A stretch of 64,000 nt of DNA from Candidatus Eiseniibacteriota bacterium (lineage in GTDB: Bacteria > Eisenbacteria > RBG-16-71-46 > CAIMUX01 > VGJL01): positions 1,344,001-1,408,000 of the forward strand of contig CAWBWI010000001.1 in NCBI GenBank assembly GCA_963792585.1, read 5' to 3'. The first letter of the stretch is position 1. Each line of letters begins with the position of its first letter. Of the stretch, positions 1 to 9,046 are shown piece by piece. Below the pieces are notes generated by a model. The model had not been told where the DNA came from. It made no database searches and saw only the letters and a program-made list of their open reading frames with translations. The position numbers were made by a program, and so were the translations under genes.

Positions 1-3000
1 GGTGGCGGTGCAGGGATCTGCGCGAGCATCCAGACCAGTGCCACGGAACCTCCCGGCATGTGGCCGCGGACAAGGAAATCGAAGACCGTCGCGTTGAAGA
101 CACCGAGAAACTCGAAGGCACTCTCGCGATCGAGGGTGAGAATAGGCAGCTTATGGGTTGCCGGGACGCGCGGCAGGATCGCGCACTTCGCCGAGCGCTG
201 GTCAGTCCATGGCCGCGTCACATCCCGAAAACCCAGCATGATTTGGTCGCCCACCTTCTCGCGCAGCCGCGTCTCGGCAATAGACCGGAGCATCCAGTAA
301 CGCGGCTCGTTCTCGAAGCACGGGTCAGCCTTCTGCGTATTAGTGCAGTGGGGAATGTGCGGCTTGCGGCCGTACTTGTTGCTGCCCGTGTAGCCTTCAT
401 ACGTCCGCGCACGATGGTCGTAGCGGTTCATGAGCTGACCCTCAAAGAGCGTCAGGGCCTCCTTCTCGGGCTCCGGACTGCCGAAGAGCGTAGTAGTTCT
501 GTCCGCCACCATCATCGCTGCGCGCTCGGCCGAGAGTCGGAACACCCTGTCGCGGCCGAGGACCCAGCCATCAGGTTCGAGGTCCTCGCGCTTGAGGAAG
601 TGGCCAGATGCAGTCGTCGAGTTGAAGAGCGTGCAATAGTCCAGGCCCCAAGGATTCTGGCCACCCTCCTCGAAGTCGAGGACGGGCAGACGCTTGTGGA
701 TGTCGAGCGCGATCAACAACTCCTCAGGCCTGCGGAAGGAGGTCATTGTGCGAGTCTTCGGGCAGAGCGTCTTGAGCACGCTCGGCGTGAAGGACTGCGG
801 TGGGCACTGCAGAGCTTCGTCCACACCTCCATTCATGACCGTTGCATGAAATGATGGATCACTGCCTTGACCTCTGAGGGCCAAGAGGGCGAATCGCTCC
901 ACGGCCGCCACGGCTGGGAACATTGGCACCCTTCGCAGGCCATTGACAAAGTCGTGGAGCTCTTCCACCTGTCCTTCGTCGACAAGCCTTTGGAACACAC
1001 CCGAAGCTGACTTATCCAACGCGAGGGCACTCTTGACCAGGATGCCCGACCGACCATCCTCGCGAAGCATTTCGGCGACCGTCTCAGCAAAGAGAAGGTA
1101 CGTGTTTGGCTTGCCGCCACTTGCCGTGAATCGGCCGCACGCCCGCACGTAGTCCCCCATGCGCTCATTAAGCGCCTCGTAGACCCTCCATCGTCGGTAT
1201 AGCGTGGGGTCCGTGTCGGGAAGCTGTTCGATGGCACGCTTCCGCTCGGCACCCTTCAGCCCTGCGATTCTCGGTGCATGGACAGCGAACCACTCTTGCT
1301 CCCGGCTCTCGAACTGCTCCCACGGTGGGTTTCCAACAAGACAATCGAACCCGCCGCGAGCGCGGATCTCGGGGAACCGGAGCGGCCAGTGGAAGGCGGG
1401 AAACTCGGATAGAAGGGAGCGAGCCGCCGCGACCTGCCCTGCCTCAAGGTCCCCCACGAGCGCTCGCCGGTAATCGGCGGCGGTCGGGGCGGCCGCGCCC
1501 GCCTGCGGGCTCCAAAAGAAGGATGCCGCCCAGAGCGCTGCGGCGGCGTCGAACCGGCAGTAGGCCTCGGATTCGAGGAATGCCCGGTATGCCGCGTCCT
1601 TCCTCTCTACGTCGGCGGGGATGCGCTCATCCTCTTCGAGGATCGCAGGGAAGTCCACGCGAACGTCTGGCACGGGTGGGGTCCGACCCAACTCGAGTTG
1701 GCCCTCGAGAGCCTGGGCGTTGCGCTCTCGCGCTCCCCGCAGGAAGTCACGGAGGCGCCGGTCCTCTGGCTTACTGCTCCCCTGGATCTTTGACGGAACG
1801 GTATAGGCCTCCTCCGGAATCACGGTCGGGATGTCCCGCATAGGCCAGCCCACGAGCGAGTCGCCATGCTGGATGCGGTGGTCGAGGAAGGAGAGCGGTA
1901 GATCCGGCACGGCGCAATGGATCCAGAGCGCCACCTTGCAGAGCTCCACCGCGAAGGCGTCCTTGTCCACGCCACAGATGCAGTGCCGGAGCACGTCCCG
2001 CCGTGCGTGTCGGAGCGCCTCCTCAGTGGGCTTGTCGCCGCCGGCGCGCTCGGTGGCGAGCGCGAGGGCAATACGGTCCACCGCCCCAATGAGGAAGTGG
2101 CCGCTCCCGCAGGCGGGGTCGCAGATCCGAAGGTCGAGCAACGCCCGCTGGCGCACCTCGGTATCGGTGCCGGCGCGGTCCAATCGCTCCGCGACGAGGC
2201 GGTCGAGCGAAACCGAAAGGGCGAAGTCCACAAGCTCCGGGGGCGTGTAGAAGGCACCAAGGTCCTTCCGCTCCGTCGTAAGCGGCGCGAGGAACACCCC
2301 GCCTACAGGGACCACACGCCCCTCATGCTCGGTCGGTCGGTCGGCACGGCGGAGAGTCTCGTTCAGGAGCGACTCGTACACCGAGCCCAGCTCCTCGACG
2401 CCCAGCTCCCCGTAATTCACGCGCTGGCGCACGGCGCCCACGCGCACGTGGGTCAGGGCCTCGATCGCGGCGAGGAGCTTCCGGTTCTCACAGGTGCGGG
2501 AAAGGACGTGAGCCGTCCGCCTGGGGTCGAAGAGCTGGCCGTTGTACGGGAATACTCCGGCCACCGGCGCCCCTTCGTGGAGCATCCGGAATGTTGCCTT
2601 CAGACCCTCCCAGAGGTCGCGGTGCCCCAGCTCGACGGAGCGCGTTTCGGCCATCCGCACGAGCCCTGTCACGCTGTAGGTATCGGCATAGATCCCCCTA
2701 GAGGGAAGCATCCTGCGCTGCTCGGCGAAGAGCAGGAAGAGCAGCCGGTAGATGACGAGGAGCAGCTCGTGGTACAGCGCTCGCGCTTCCTTCGGGTCAT
2801 CGAGAAGTCGGCGTTGCTCAGTGTCGAAGATCCCCTCGGCGAGCGCCTCGATCGCCGCTCGTACCTGCCGCTGCAACTCGCGGCCGATCTCGACCCCGTG
2901 CTCACGACTCTGCTCAAAAAGGACTTCCAGCGGGCAGCGGCCTTCCTCGTCTCCAGGCAGGAGTAGGAAGCGGCTTCTGTGGACCAGCCGGTAGAGCGCC

Positions 3001-3605
3001 CGGAACGATGGGAAGTCCGCCGCTTCGATGATGGCGTCTAGGTCGAAACCGACATAGGCCTTAACATGCTCGTGATGAAAGTCGCGCAGCACGCGCAGTC
3101 GACGGGCGTTGGCCACGATTCCCCACCGCGCCGCCGTGCGGTTGAGACACGCCTGCAGTTCCTCATGAGGCGAGCGCCGGCCACGGCCCGGCGAGGCATC
3201 GAGGTCCTCACGAACGAGCAGGACAGGCGGGGCTCCGTCTCCCCCCCAACCGAGGTGGCTGATGGCGAACCGATCTCGACCGTCCTCGCTCGGAACGTAC
3301 GCGCGCTGGAAGACTGGCTCGAAGTCAAGAAGCTGGAGCAAGGGCAGGAGCCAGCGCTCTCGGAGCGCCGCCGTGTCGATCTCGTCTTGGTGAGCAACCA
3401 CGGTTTCGTAACGCTCGCGTACGAGCCCGAATGCGGTCTCGATGGCCTCTGCATGAACGGCGGGGCTCTCCGCCTCCCGGCCATCGAGAGCAAAGGCCGG
3501 CGGCACGAACAGGCTTTCTCGAGGCGCATCCGCTAGCGCGTTGGCGAGAACCCCAGCGCCGAAAAGTCCCCCCGAGGCATGAACGTATTCGAGGGTTTCA
3601 GCCAT
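1..3605 (-). CDS. Large N6-adenine DNA methyltransferase (Eco57I/type IIG-like, DISARM DrmMI-like); 3' end runs off the window
   Basis: Not in the ORF track because it has no stop in the window. Hand translation from ATG 3605 (MAETLEYVHASGGLF..., overlapping the helicase stop) gives ERKDLGAFYTPPELV, motif I ICDPACGSGHFL, GVDKDAFAVELCKVALW and motif IV GFDCLVGNPPW; the YTP and NPPW motifs were checked to be in the frame of the ATG. More than 1200 codons. Confidence 0.9.
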   Translation of the reverse strand, partial: MAETLEYVHASGGLFGAGVLANALADAPRESLFVPPAFALDGREAESPAVHAEAIETAFGLVRERYETVVAHQDEIDTAALRERWLLPLLQLLDFEPVFQRAYVPSEDGRDRFAISHLGWGGDGAPPVLLVREDLDASPGRGRRSPHEELQACLNRTAARWGIVANARRLRVLRDFHHEHVKAYVGFDLDAIIEAADFPSFRALYRLVHRSRFLLLPGDEEGRCPLEVLFEQSREHGVEIGRELQRQVRAAIEALAEGIFDTEQRRLLDDPKEARALYHELLLVIYRLLFLLFAEQRRMLPSRGIYADTYSVTGLVRMAETRSVELGHRDLWEGLKATFRMLHEGAPVAGVFPYNGQLFDPRRTAHVLSRTCENRKLLAAIEALTHVRVGAVRQRVNYGELGVEELGSVYESLLNETLRRADRPTEHEGRVVPVGGVFLAPLTTERKDLGAFYTPPELVDFALSVSLDRLVAERLDRAGTDTEVRQRALLDLRICDPACGSGHFLIGAVDRIALALATERAGGDKPTEEALRHARRDVLRHCICGVDKDAFAVELCKVALWIHCAVPDLPLSFLDHRIQHGDSLVGWPMRDIPTVIPEEAYTVPSKIQGSSKPEDRRLRDFLRGARERNAQALEGQLELGRTPPVPDVRVDFPAILEEDERIPADVERKDAAYRAFLESEAYCRFDAAAALWAASFFWSPQAGAAAPTAADYRRALVGDLEAGQVAAARSLLSEFPAFHWPLRFPEIRARGGFDCLVGNPPWEQFESREQEWFAVHAPRIAGLKGAERKRAIEQLPDTDPTLYRRWRVYEALNERMGDYVRACGRFTASGGKPNTYLLFAETVAEMLREDGRSGILVKSALALDKSASGVFQRLVDEGQVEELHDFVNGLRRVPMFPAVAAVERFALLALRGQGSDPSFHATVMNGGVDEALQCPPQSFTPSVLKTLCPKTRTMTSFRRPEELLIALDIHKRLPVLDFEEGGQNPWGLDYCTLFNSTTASGHFLKREDLEPDGWVLGRDRVFRLSAERAAMMVADRTTTLFGSPEPEKEALTLFEGQLMNRYDHRARTYEGYTGSNKYGRKPHIPHCTNTQKADPCFENEPRYWMLRSIAETRLREKVGDQIMLGFRDVTRPWTDQRSAKCAILPRVPATHKLPILTLDRESAFEFLGVFNATVFDFLVRGHMPGGSVALVWMLAQIPAPP

Positions 3606-6369
3606 TGGCCGGCACCAGCACCGTAAGTGTGAGCCAGTCAGCGGAGGCGACCTCCACTGAGTCCATGCCTTCGGCCCAAGCGCTCGCCAGATTGCGGATC
3701 GAGGCTTGCCGTCTAGCGAGCAGGCACCGCCGTTCCTCCACCGCGTTTGCGACTAGGGCAGGCAGGTGTTGGGCAGCCATTGCCTCAGCGCAGAGATCTT
3801 GCAGCTCCGCGGCGGAATGCGGGATTGGTGCCCCGGGGGCGCGGAGTAGGAGGTCTGGGTCGAGATCAACCAGACTCTCCGAGTATGGACGGAATGCTAC
3901 CGGGATCAGCTCCTCCATGACGACCGGAGGATCGGAGGCCGTAACATACCGCGCCAGCACATGCAGGACTGCCGCTACCTCGCCCACCTCGCGGCTACCG
4001 CGCAGTGCGACCCTCCCCTCGTGGGTACCTGCAGCCGCATCGCGCACCTGTTCGATCAGGCGGCGCACGAGCGGGTGGGCAATATCAAGCAGCTCCAGCT
4101 CCGGCTCGTCGCGTGCGATGCGGGGGTCAAAGGTCGCCTCGAGCCTGTCGGCGAGGTCAGCGAGCATGCTCCCTCGAAGATCGATTTGGAGGGTCCCGCC
4201 AGGCTTCTCCACGACCCTTGCCCCGGCACGGTCCAGGGCTGAGAGGACGAATCCGCGAACCTCCTCCGGCGCCCCGACGCGGCGGTACGTATCCTCAAGC
4301 GCCCGCTCGACTTCCGGCAGGCGAACCTCGGCCTGCCCATAGAACGATTCCTCCTCGATCTTGCGCACCCGATCCTCGTCGAAGGGGTCCTCTCCGGTTC
4401 CGGGCGATGCGAACGGGAGGAGGAGCTGCGGATCCGGGCGATACTTCGCGATCAGTAGCTCAAGGTCCTTCATCGAGGAGAAGACCACCGGGCAGAAGCC
4501 GTATGCCTCCCGAATCGCCGCTGCTTTGCGGACCAGCACCTCGAGGATTGTGACGTCGAGCTCGTCCTCGCGGACGAGCGTGGTGATTCCCACCGTCGGC
4601 TCGGGCTGCCCGTAGCGGTCGATCCGGCCATTGCGCTGCTCAAGGCGGTTTGGGTTCCAGGGAAGCTCGTAGTGCACAAGCTCGGCGCAGCCGCGCTGCA
4701 AATCGAGTCCCTCGGAGATGCAATCCGTCGCGATGCACACAGCCCGTTCCGTCCGCTCGAAGTCACGGAACACCTCGCGGCGCTGCTGGAGCGTCATGTC
4801 TCCATGGATCGCGAAGACCGCAAGCCGGGCGAGGGCGGACCGATTCCTGGCTTGCGCGATGAGTGCCTCCTGGAGATATTCGAGCGTATGCCTGTACCGC
4901 GTGAACACGAGCATCCGCGGCGCCCGCCGATGCCGGCTTAGGAGGTCGGGTAGCGCGTTGACGAGCCAGGAGAGCTTCCGATCCTGCAACGGTGCAAGCT
5001 GCCGGACCCGGCGCCGGAGCTTCTCGAGCTCCGTCACTTCATCCGACGTCCCCAGCACTGCGGCGCGGTCTAGGCGCGACCAGCGATCCTCATCGTCCAA
5101 TTCCGTCGTCGAGTCCTGATCCGTGACGGCGGCTTCAGCCTCGGCCGCCCCGGCATCGTCTGCCGCTGCCGCGTCTCGGACCTGGCGGCGCAGTCTCTTG
5201 AGGCGCTCGGCCAATGACAGCTGAAGCGCCTTCGGGCTCGATAGCGCGCGGCGTTGGAGGTGCAAGGCCACGAATCCGGCGATCGCCGCGCCCTCCCGGG
5301 CGCGAAGCAAGCGCCCGCAGTAGGCCCGTAGTTCCTTCAGGAGACGTGCCTCCTCCGGGCCGAGAGGGATGACTTCGTCCACCGGCCGCCGATCCGGGAA
5401 GGGTGTGCGGTCCCCATACCAGTCGCGCAAGTCCTTGCGGCGCCGCTGCACGACATGGCGGCGCGCGACCTCGCGGCAGATCCTCCCGGCCGGGGCGACA
5501 CACGCCGGGTTGAGCACCGAGAGGAGGCTGGCGAAGGAATCCGTGTAACCCGGATGCGGCGTCGCGGAGAGGAGGAGCAAGTGGCGGACCCGGCCGCTCG
5601 ACGCGACGGCCTCTAGGAATTCCCAGCGTTGCTTCTGGAGTGCCGCGCCCCACGGTCCTTCATGCGGGCGTGCGGCCATGTGTGCCTCGTCCACCAGCAC
5701 GACGTCCCAAGAGTGGGAGAGGATCTCGCCCGTACGCCGCTTAAGATAATCGATCGAGGCCACGACGATCGGGAATGCCTCCCAGGGCGACTCCCCGGGC
5801 AGGAGGGTTCGTTCCAGCGCCGGCCGAGTCTGGCCGGAGACAATCACGGCATCGAGGTGGAAGAAACGCGACAGGCTTTCCTGCCACTGCTCGCGGAGCG
5901 AGGCGGGCACAACCACAAGCACGCGCTCGGCGGTTCCGCGCGCGATGAGTTCGCTCAGGATCAACCCTGCCTCTATGGTCTTGCCGATCCCCACATCGTC
6001 TCCGATGAGCAAGCGCACTGGCGACATGTCGAGCGCCATGAGGAGCGGGACAAGCTGATATGGCTCGGGGATGGCACGGCTGCGCTGAAGGCCGAGAAAC
6101 GGAGCGGACCCATGGATCAGGCTCAGTCTGTGCGCTCGGAGCAGGAGGTCTTGCCGCGCCGGGTCATCGAGCCGCAGTGGGTCTGGGGGCGGCAAAGAAC
6201 CCTCTACGGCATAGCCTTCCTCCAGGGCCCGAAGGAAGCGCCATCTCTTGTGTCCCCGTCCATCCAACGGAGTCGCCGCGAATTCCTCCTCGGTCACCCG
6301 GTCGATTCGCCAGAGACGTTCCCGCAGCCGAATGACCCCGCCTGCCTTCAATTCGGGTTGCGGTGTCAC
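3598..6369 (-). CDS. SNF2-family helicase, DISARM DrmD-like
   Basis: 923 aa; Walker A LLIGDDVGIGKT, DEAH, LLLSATP, SEGLDLQ, ELPWNPNRLEQRNGRIDRYGQ; translationally coupled to the methylase. Confidence 0.88.
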   Translation of the reverse strand: MTPQPELKAGGVIRLRERLWRIDRVTEEEFAATPLDGRGHKRWRFLRALEEGYAVEGSLPPPDPLRLDDPARQDLLLRAHRLSLIHGSAPFLGLQRSRAIPEPYQLVPLLMALDMSPVRLLIGDDVGIGKTIEAGLILSELIARGTAERVLVVVPASLREQWQESLSRFFHLDAVIVSGQTRPALERTLLPGESPWEAFPIVVASIDYLKRRTGEILSHSWDVVLVDEAHMAARPHEGPWGAALQKQRWEFLEAVASSGRVRHLLLLSATPHPGYTDSFASLLSVLNPACVAPAGRICREVARRHVVQRRRKDLRDWYGDRTPFPDRRPVDEVIPLGPEEARLLKELRAYCGRLLRAREGAAIAGFVALHLQRRALSSPKALQLSLAERLKRLRRQVRDAAAADDAGAAEAEAAVTDQDSTTELDDEDRWSRLDRAAVLGTSDEVTELEKLRRRVRQLAPLQDRKLSWLVNALPDLLSRHRRAPRMLVFTRYRHTLEYLQEALIAQARNRSALARLAVFAIHGDMTLQQRREVFRDFERTERAVCIATDCISEGLDLQRGCAELVHYELPWNPNRLEQRNGRIDRYGQPEPTVGITTLVREDELDVTILEVLVRKAAAIREAYGFCPVVFSSMKDLELLIAKYRPDPQLLLPFASPGTGEDPFDEDRVRKIEEESFYGQAEVRLPEVERALEDTYRRVGAPEEVRGFVLSALDRAGARVVEKPGGTLQIDLRGSMLADLADRLEATFDPRIARDEPELELLDIAHPLVRRLIEQVRDAAAGTHEGRVALRGSREVGEVAAVLHVLARYVTASDPPVVMEELIPVAFRPYSESLVDLDPDLLLRAPGAPIPHSAAELQDLCAEAMAAQHLPALVANAVEERRCLLARRQASIRNLASAWAEGMDSVEVASADWLTLTVLVPANG

Positions 6370-6581
6370 GATCTCGCCCTGCGCGATCGGCCGGAAGACC
6401 CCAGCTCCTGCTGAGGGTCGAGAAGCCGCCGAAGCAGGAATGGCATCGGGACTCGCCTACCGTTCTTCCATCGGTTCACGGTGTCATAGGGGATGCCGAT
6501 CTTCTGGGCGAATTGCTCCTGCGTGAGCTCCGGCCGTCGTCGAAGATAGTTGATGAGCGCCGGGACGTCTTCGTTCTTCAC
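6366..6581 (-). CDS. XRE-family helix-turn-helix regulator
   Basis: LTQEQFAQKIGIPYDTVNRWKNG; GAGG RBS; GTGA overlap with the helicase start. Confidence 0.75.
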   Translation of the reverse strand: MKNEDVPALINYLRRRPELTQEQFAQKIGIPYDTVNRWKNGRRVPMPFLLRRLLDPQQELGSSGRSRRARS

Positions 6582-6717
6582 AAGACACCTCGAATCCTCG
6601 CTTTGACGCAGGATCGCGCGCCGAACCGAACCGGGCGCATTCGAAGGGCCTGAGCCCGACTTGCTCGATTCCCGGCAGAATGAATGGGAGGATTGACGAG
6701 GCGGCCGCCTGAGGCGC

Positions 6718-7440
6718 TCATCGGACGGTGACCGTCGAGTACGGCCCCTGGAGGCTCTCTATGAGACCAGCCGAGTGCATGCTACGGATGGCCTCGTCGA
6801 TCTCCCTCCTGCTGTAACGAGACACGTCGGCAAGGAGCTGCTGAACCAGATCCGTTCTCCGCGCCTGTCCATCGCCGTCTAGTCCATGGATGATCTTGAG
6901 TGCCAACGCCCGATGGCGTTTCTTTGCTCCCCTGTCACGGCGTCGCGCGCCACCGGCGAGGTATTGCTCGAGGCGTCGAGTGTAGGGATGCTCCTTGGAG
7001 AAGTCGCCCAGTAGCCGCTGAAGTCCAGCTTCGTTCTTGTAGTGGTTGCGCCGTTTCCCCGCAAGATCAGCGATGATAGGGGCATCCTTGCTTGAACGGT
7101 CAGATGCCTTGTGCGTTGAAAGGTAAAGGGCTCTCGGAATGCTGTAGGCCTCGGCGAATCCGTATTCAAGCGATACGTTGGCGTTTCCTCCAGTTGCGTC
7201 GAAGATGGCATATGACGACGCGAGCAACTTCGTCTTGATAATCTCGAGGAGATCCTCAGCATCTTGAGTCTTGTCCCGTCCGACAATGACGAAGGACAGC
7301 GGAAACTTCTTCCGAAGCTTGTCGATCTGTGCCTCGTACTTGGTTTTCGCCGTCCTCCAAGGAACAGCGAGAAAGACTTGGTTGGGAACCTCGGGTTCGT
7401 TCCTTGCCGGAGCCTTCTTTTTCACCCGACGGGTTGCCAT
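6718..7440 (-). CDS. Nucleoside-deoxyribosyltransferase/TIR-like (flavodoxin-fold) domain fused to a probable C-terminal winged helix
   Basis: VFLAVPW...IFDATGGNANVSLEYGFAEAY matches the D-x-T-x-x-N-x-N-V-x-x-E-x-G motif; the C-terminus (RRTDLVQQLL...EIDEAIRSMHSAGLIES...VTV) is wHTH-like; GGAGG RBS. Confidence 0.65.
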   Translation of the reverse strand: MATRRVKKKAPARNEPEVPNQVFLAVPWRTAKTKYEAQIDKLRKKFPLSFVIVGRDKTQDAEDLLEIIKTKLLASSYAIFDATGGNANVSLEYGFAEAYSIPRALYLSTHKASDRSSKDAPIIADLAGKRRNHYKNEAGLQRLLGDFSKEHPYTRRLEQYLAGGARRRDRGAKKRHRALALKIIHGLDGDGQARRTDLVQQLLADVSRYSRREIDEAIRSMHSAGLIESLQGPYSTVTVR

Positions 7441-7682
7441 TGAGACCTCCGTTGATTCCCTACAGACTATGCGCCGGGCGAAATACTACCCTGCATCCCC
7501 ATGTGTGTCGAGGAACCGAGCAGCGGAGAGGTTCGCGATCTCTGACGAGATCATCGCGAGCTGATCGGAAGAAATCTGAAGGTCCATGCTGGCCGACTCC
7601 GGGCGGCACGGGCCGGCAGTCCCGGGAGCCGTGATGACGGGCCTGGTCTCCTGGGTGAGTCTTGGCGATGGGGATTTCGACT

Positions 7683-8030
7683 CTAGCGCGCGGCCGATGT
7701 TGGAAAGGCAACGTAGACTCCAAAGCGAATTCGGCTGGCTGTCTCTGTTCCACTTGTCTTCTCCCCTTCCACTCCTCCGGCGACGACCCAGAGAACCCCG
7801 ACCTTACCGGCGGCCTTGCGCTCCTCCGTTGCCCCAACGGCAACGTCGAACTCCACTCGCTGCGCGAATTGATTGTGACGATCATCCACGTATGCAATCC
7901 TTCCCTCGCTCGAAACCCCAACAACGGGGTTGATAAGGGCTCCGGTTTCAGCGGTTTGCTTCTGCGCTTCACGAATTCCTTCGACAATCTGCGTCAGGGA
8001 CTCTGTGATGAAATCCTTCAATTTGAGCAT
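7683..8030 (-). CDS. Trypco2-like small protein
   Basis: LKDFITESLTQIVEGIREAQ...VEFDVAV...G.VGV...GG....SRIRFGV pattern is typical of Trypco2-like proteins. Confidence 0.6.
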   Translation of the reverse strand: MLKLKDFITESLTQIVEGIREAQKQTAETGALINPVVGVSSEGRIAYVDDRHNQFAQRVEFDVAVGATEERKAAGKVGVLWVVAGGVEGEKTSGTETASRIRFGVYVAFPTSAAR

Positions 8031-8086
8031 AACCACCCCCTAGCACTCCGGACGTATTAGCGCTCAAGCGCGGTGATACATCGGAG

Positions 8087-8596
8087 TCAGTCACCACGCC
8101 CGGGGCGAACGTACTCCCCGGTCCGGACCTTTCGGTGGATCTCCTTGGTTACTCTGGGCGTTATTTCATCCCACGGGACATGGATCGTGATCTCGAAAGC
8201 GCAGTGGTCGCATTTTGTGGTGGTCTCGCAGGAGCGGAAGTGCGGTGCGAAGGGGTTCTTGAGTGGCTTCAGGTCGAGTTGATACTTGCACTTCGGGCAT
8301 ACCGCGATGAGACTGTCGAACTCTCCCGCTCGTAGACCCCAGTCCCACTGCCAATCGAGTCCAAAGACCGAGTCGGTCCGGTAATGCTCGGGATTGGTCG
8401 GCCTGTCTACGCTCTTGATTGCGCCATCCCGACCGTTGGCAATGGCTGGAGTGGCGGGCCTACGCTTGAGGATTGCTGTGAGGACAAGAGCTAAGACTGG
8501 AAGGACGTATGCGGGAAGGTCGACTCGCTTCCGAAGAAGGCCGATGAACCCCTCGGCCTTCAGAATCTCAAGAAGGAGGCCGACGCCCAGGGTCAC
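8087..8596 (-). CDS. Hypothetical membrane-anchored zinc-ribbon protein
   Basis: Two N-terminal hydrophobic segments; CPKC...CDHC; start uncertain. Confidence 0.55.
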   Translation of the reverse strand: MTLGVGLLLEILKAEGFIGLLRKRVDLPAYVLPVLALVLTAILKRRPATPAIANGRDGAIKSVDRPTNPEHYRTDSVFGLDWQWDWGLRAGEFDSLIAVCPKCKYQLDLKPLKNPFAPHFRSCETTTKCDHCAFEITIHVPWDEITPRVTKEIHRKVRTGEYVRPGRGD

Positions 8597-8678
8597 GCCA
8601 GCAGTGATGAGGTATCGCTTCCTCGTTTGGACAGACCCTCCCGAGTTGGATTTCCACCAACCTTCCGGGTCTCGAATT

Positions 8679-8699
8679 CGCTACCCCTAGCGCTACCCC
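8679..8699. repeat. 9-bp direct repeat CGCTACCCC-tag-CGCTACCCC, candidate integrase arm-type sites
   Basis: Copies at 8679-8687 and 8691-8699, about 30 bp from the tRNA-Arg 3' end. Confidence 0.5.
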
Positions 8700-8725
8700 G
8701 GAACCATCCGGCCTCTGTAAGTCAT

Positions 8726-8799
<74 letters not shown>

Positions 8800-8814
8800 A
8801 CAAGACCTTAGTCA

Positions 8815-8905
8815 TGGCGGAGAGGGGGAGATTCGAACTCCCGGTGGGTTTTTGGCCCACAACACATTAGCAATGTGCCGCCTTCAGCCACTCGGCCACC
8901 TCTCC
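8815..8905 (-). tRNA. tRNA-Ser(GCT)
   Basis: GGAGAGG acceptor stem, anticodon arm GCACA-TTGCTAA-TGTGT, long variable arm, TTCGAATC, encoded CCA. Confidence 0.97.
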
Positions 8906-8923
8906 GCGGCGAGAACCACGCCT

Positions 8924-9006
8924 CGGAGGGAGTAGGATTCGAACCTACGGGTCTTTCGACCTGCGGTTTTCAAGACCGCCGCCTTAAACCACTCGGCCAT
9001 CCCTCC
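8924..9006 (-). tRNA. tRNA-Ser(TGA)
   Basis: GGAGGGA acceptor stem, anticodon arm GCGGT-CTTGAAA-ACCGC, variable arm, GGTTCGAATCC. Confidence 0.97.
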
Positions 9007-9016
9007 AGCCTTGCGA

Positions 9017-9046
9017 AAGTTAGGGCAAGGCAGGGCGGGGCGTCAA
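9017..9046 (-). promoter_or_regulatory. sigma70-type promoter of the tRNA cluster
   Basis: TTGACG-N18-TAACTT ending 10 nt upstream of tRNA-Ser(TGA). Confidence 0.65.

Larger units (their letters stand above)
1..8725. mobile_element. Putative genomic (defence) island inserted at the 3' end of tRNA-Arg(ACG); other end outside the window
   Basis: Accessory/defence genes begin immediately 3' of the tRNA; 6.7-8.7 kb is visibly less GC-rich; CGCTACCCC direct repeats flank the tRNA; no integrase in the window. Confidence 0.6.

Noticed and set aside
60..3536. Plus-strand ORFs (264, 349, 156 aa and others) over the island
   Set aside because: They are antisense shadows of the minus-strand methyltransferase and carry no recognisable motifs.
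8045..8087. Long imperfect hairpin between island genes as an integron attC site
   Set aside because: No RYYYAAC/GTTRRRY ends, no similar element after the other island genes, and no integron integrase in the window.
8924..9006. tRNA with 'TGA' as a possible tRNA-Sec (selC)
   Set aside because: The anticodon is TGA, which reads UCA (Ser). tRNA-Sec has anticodon TCA and a longer acceptor stem.
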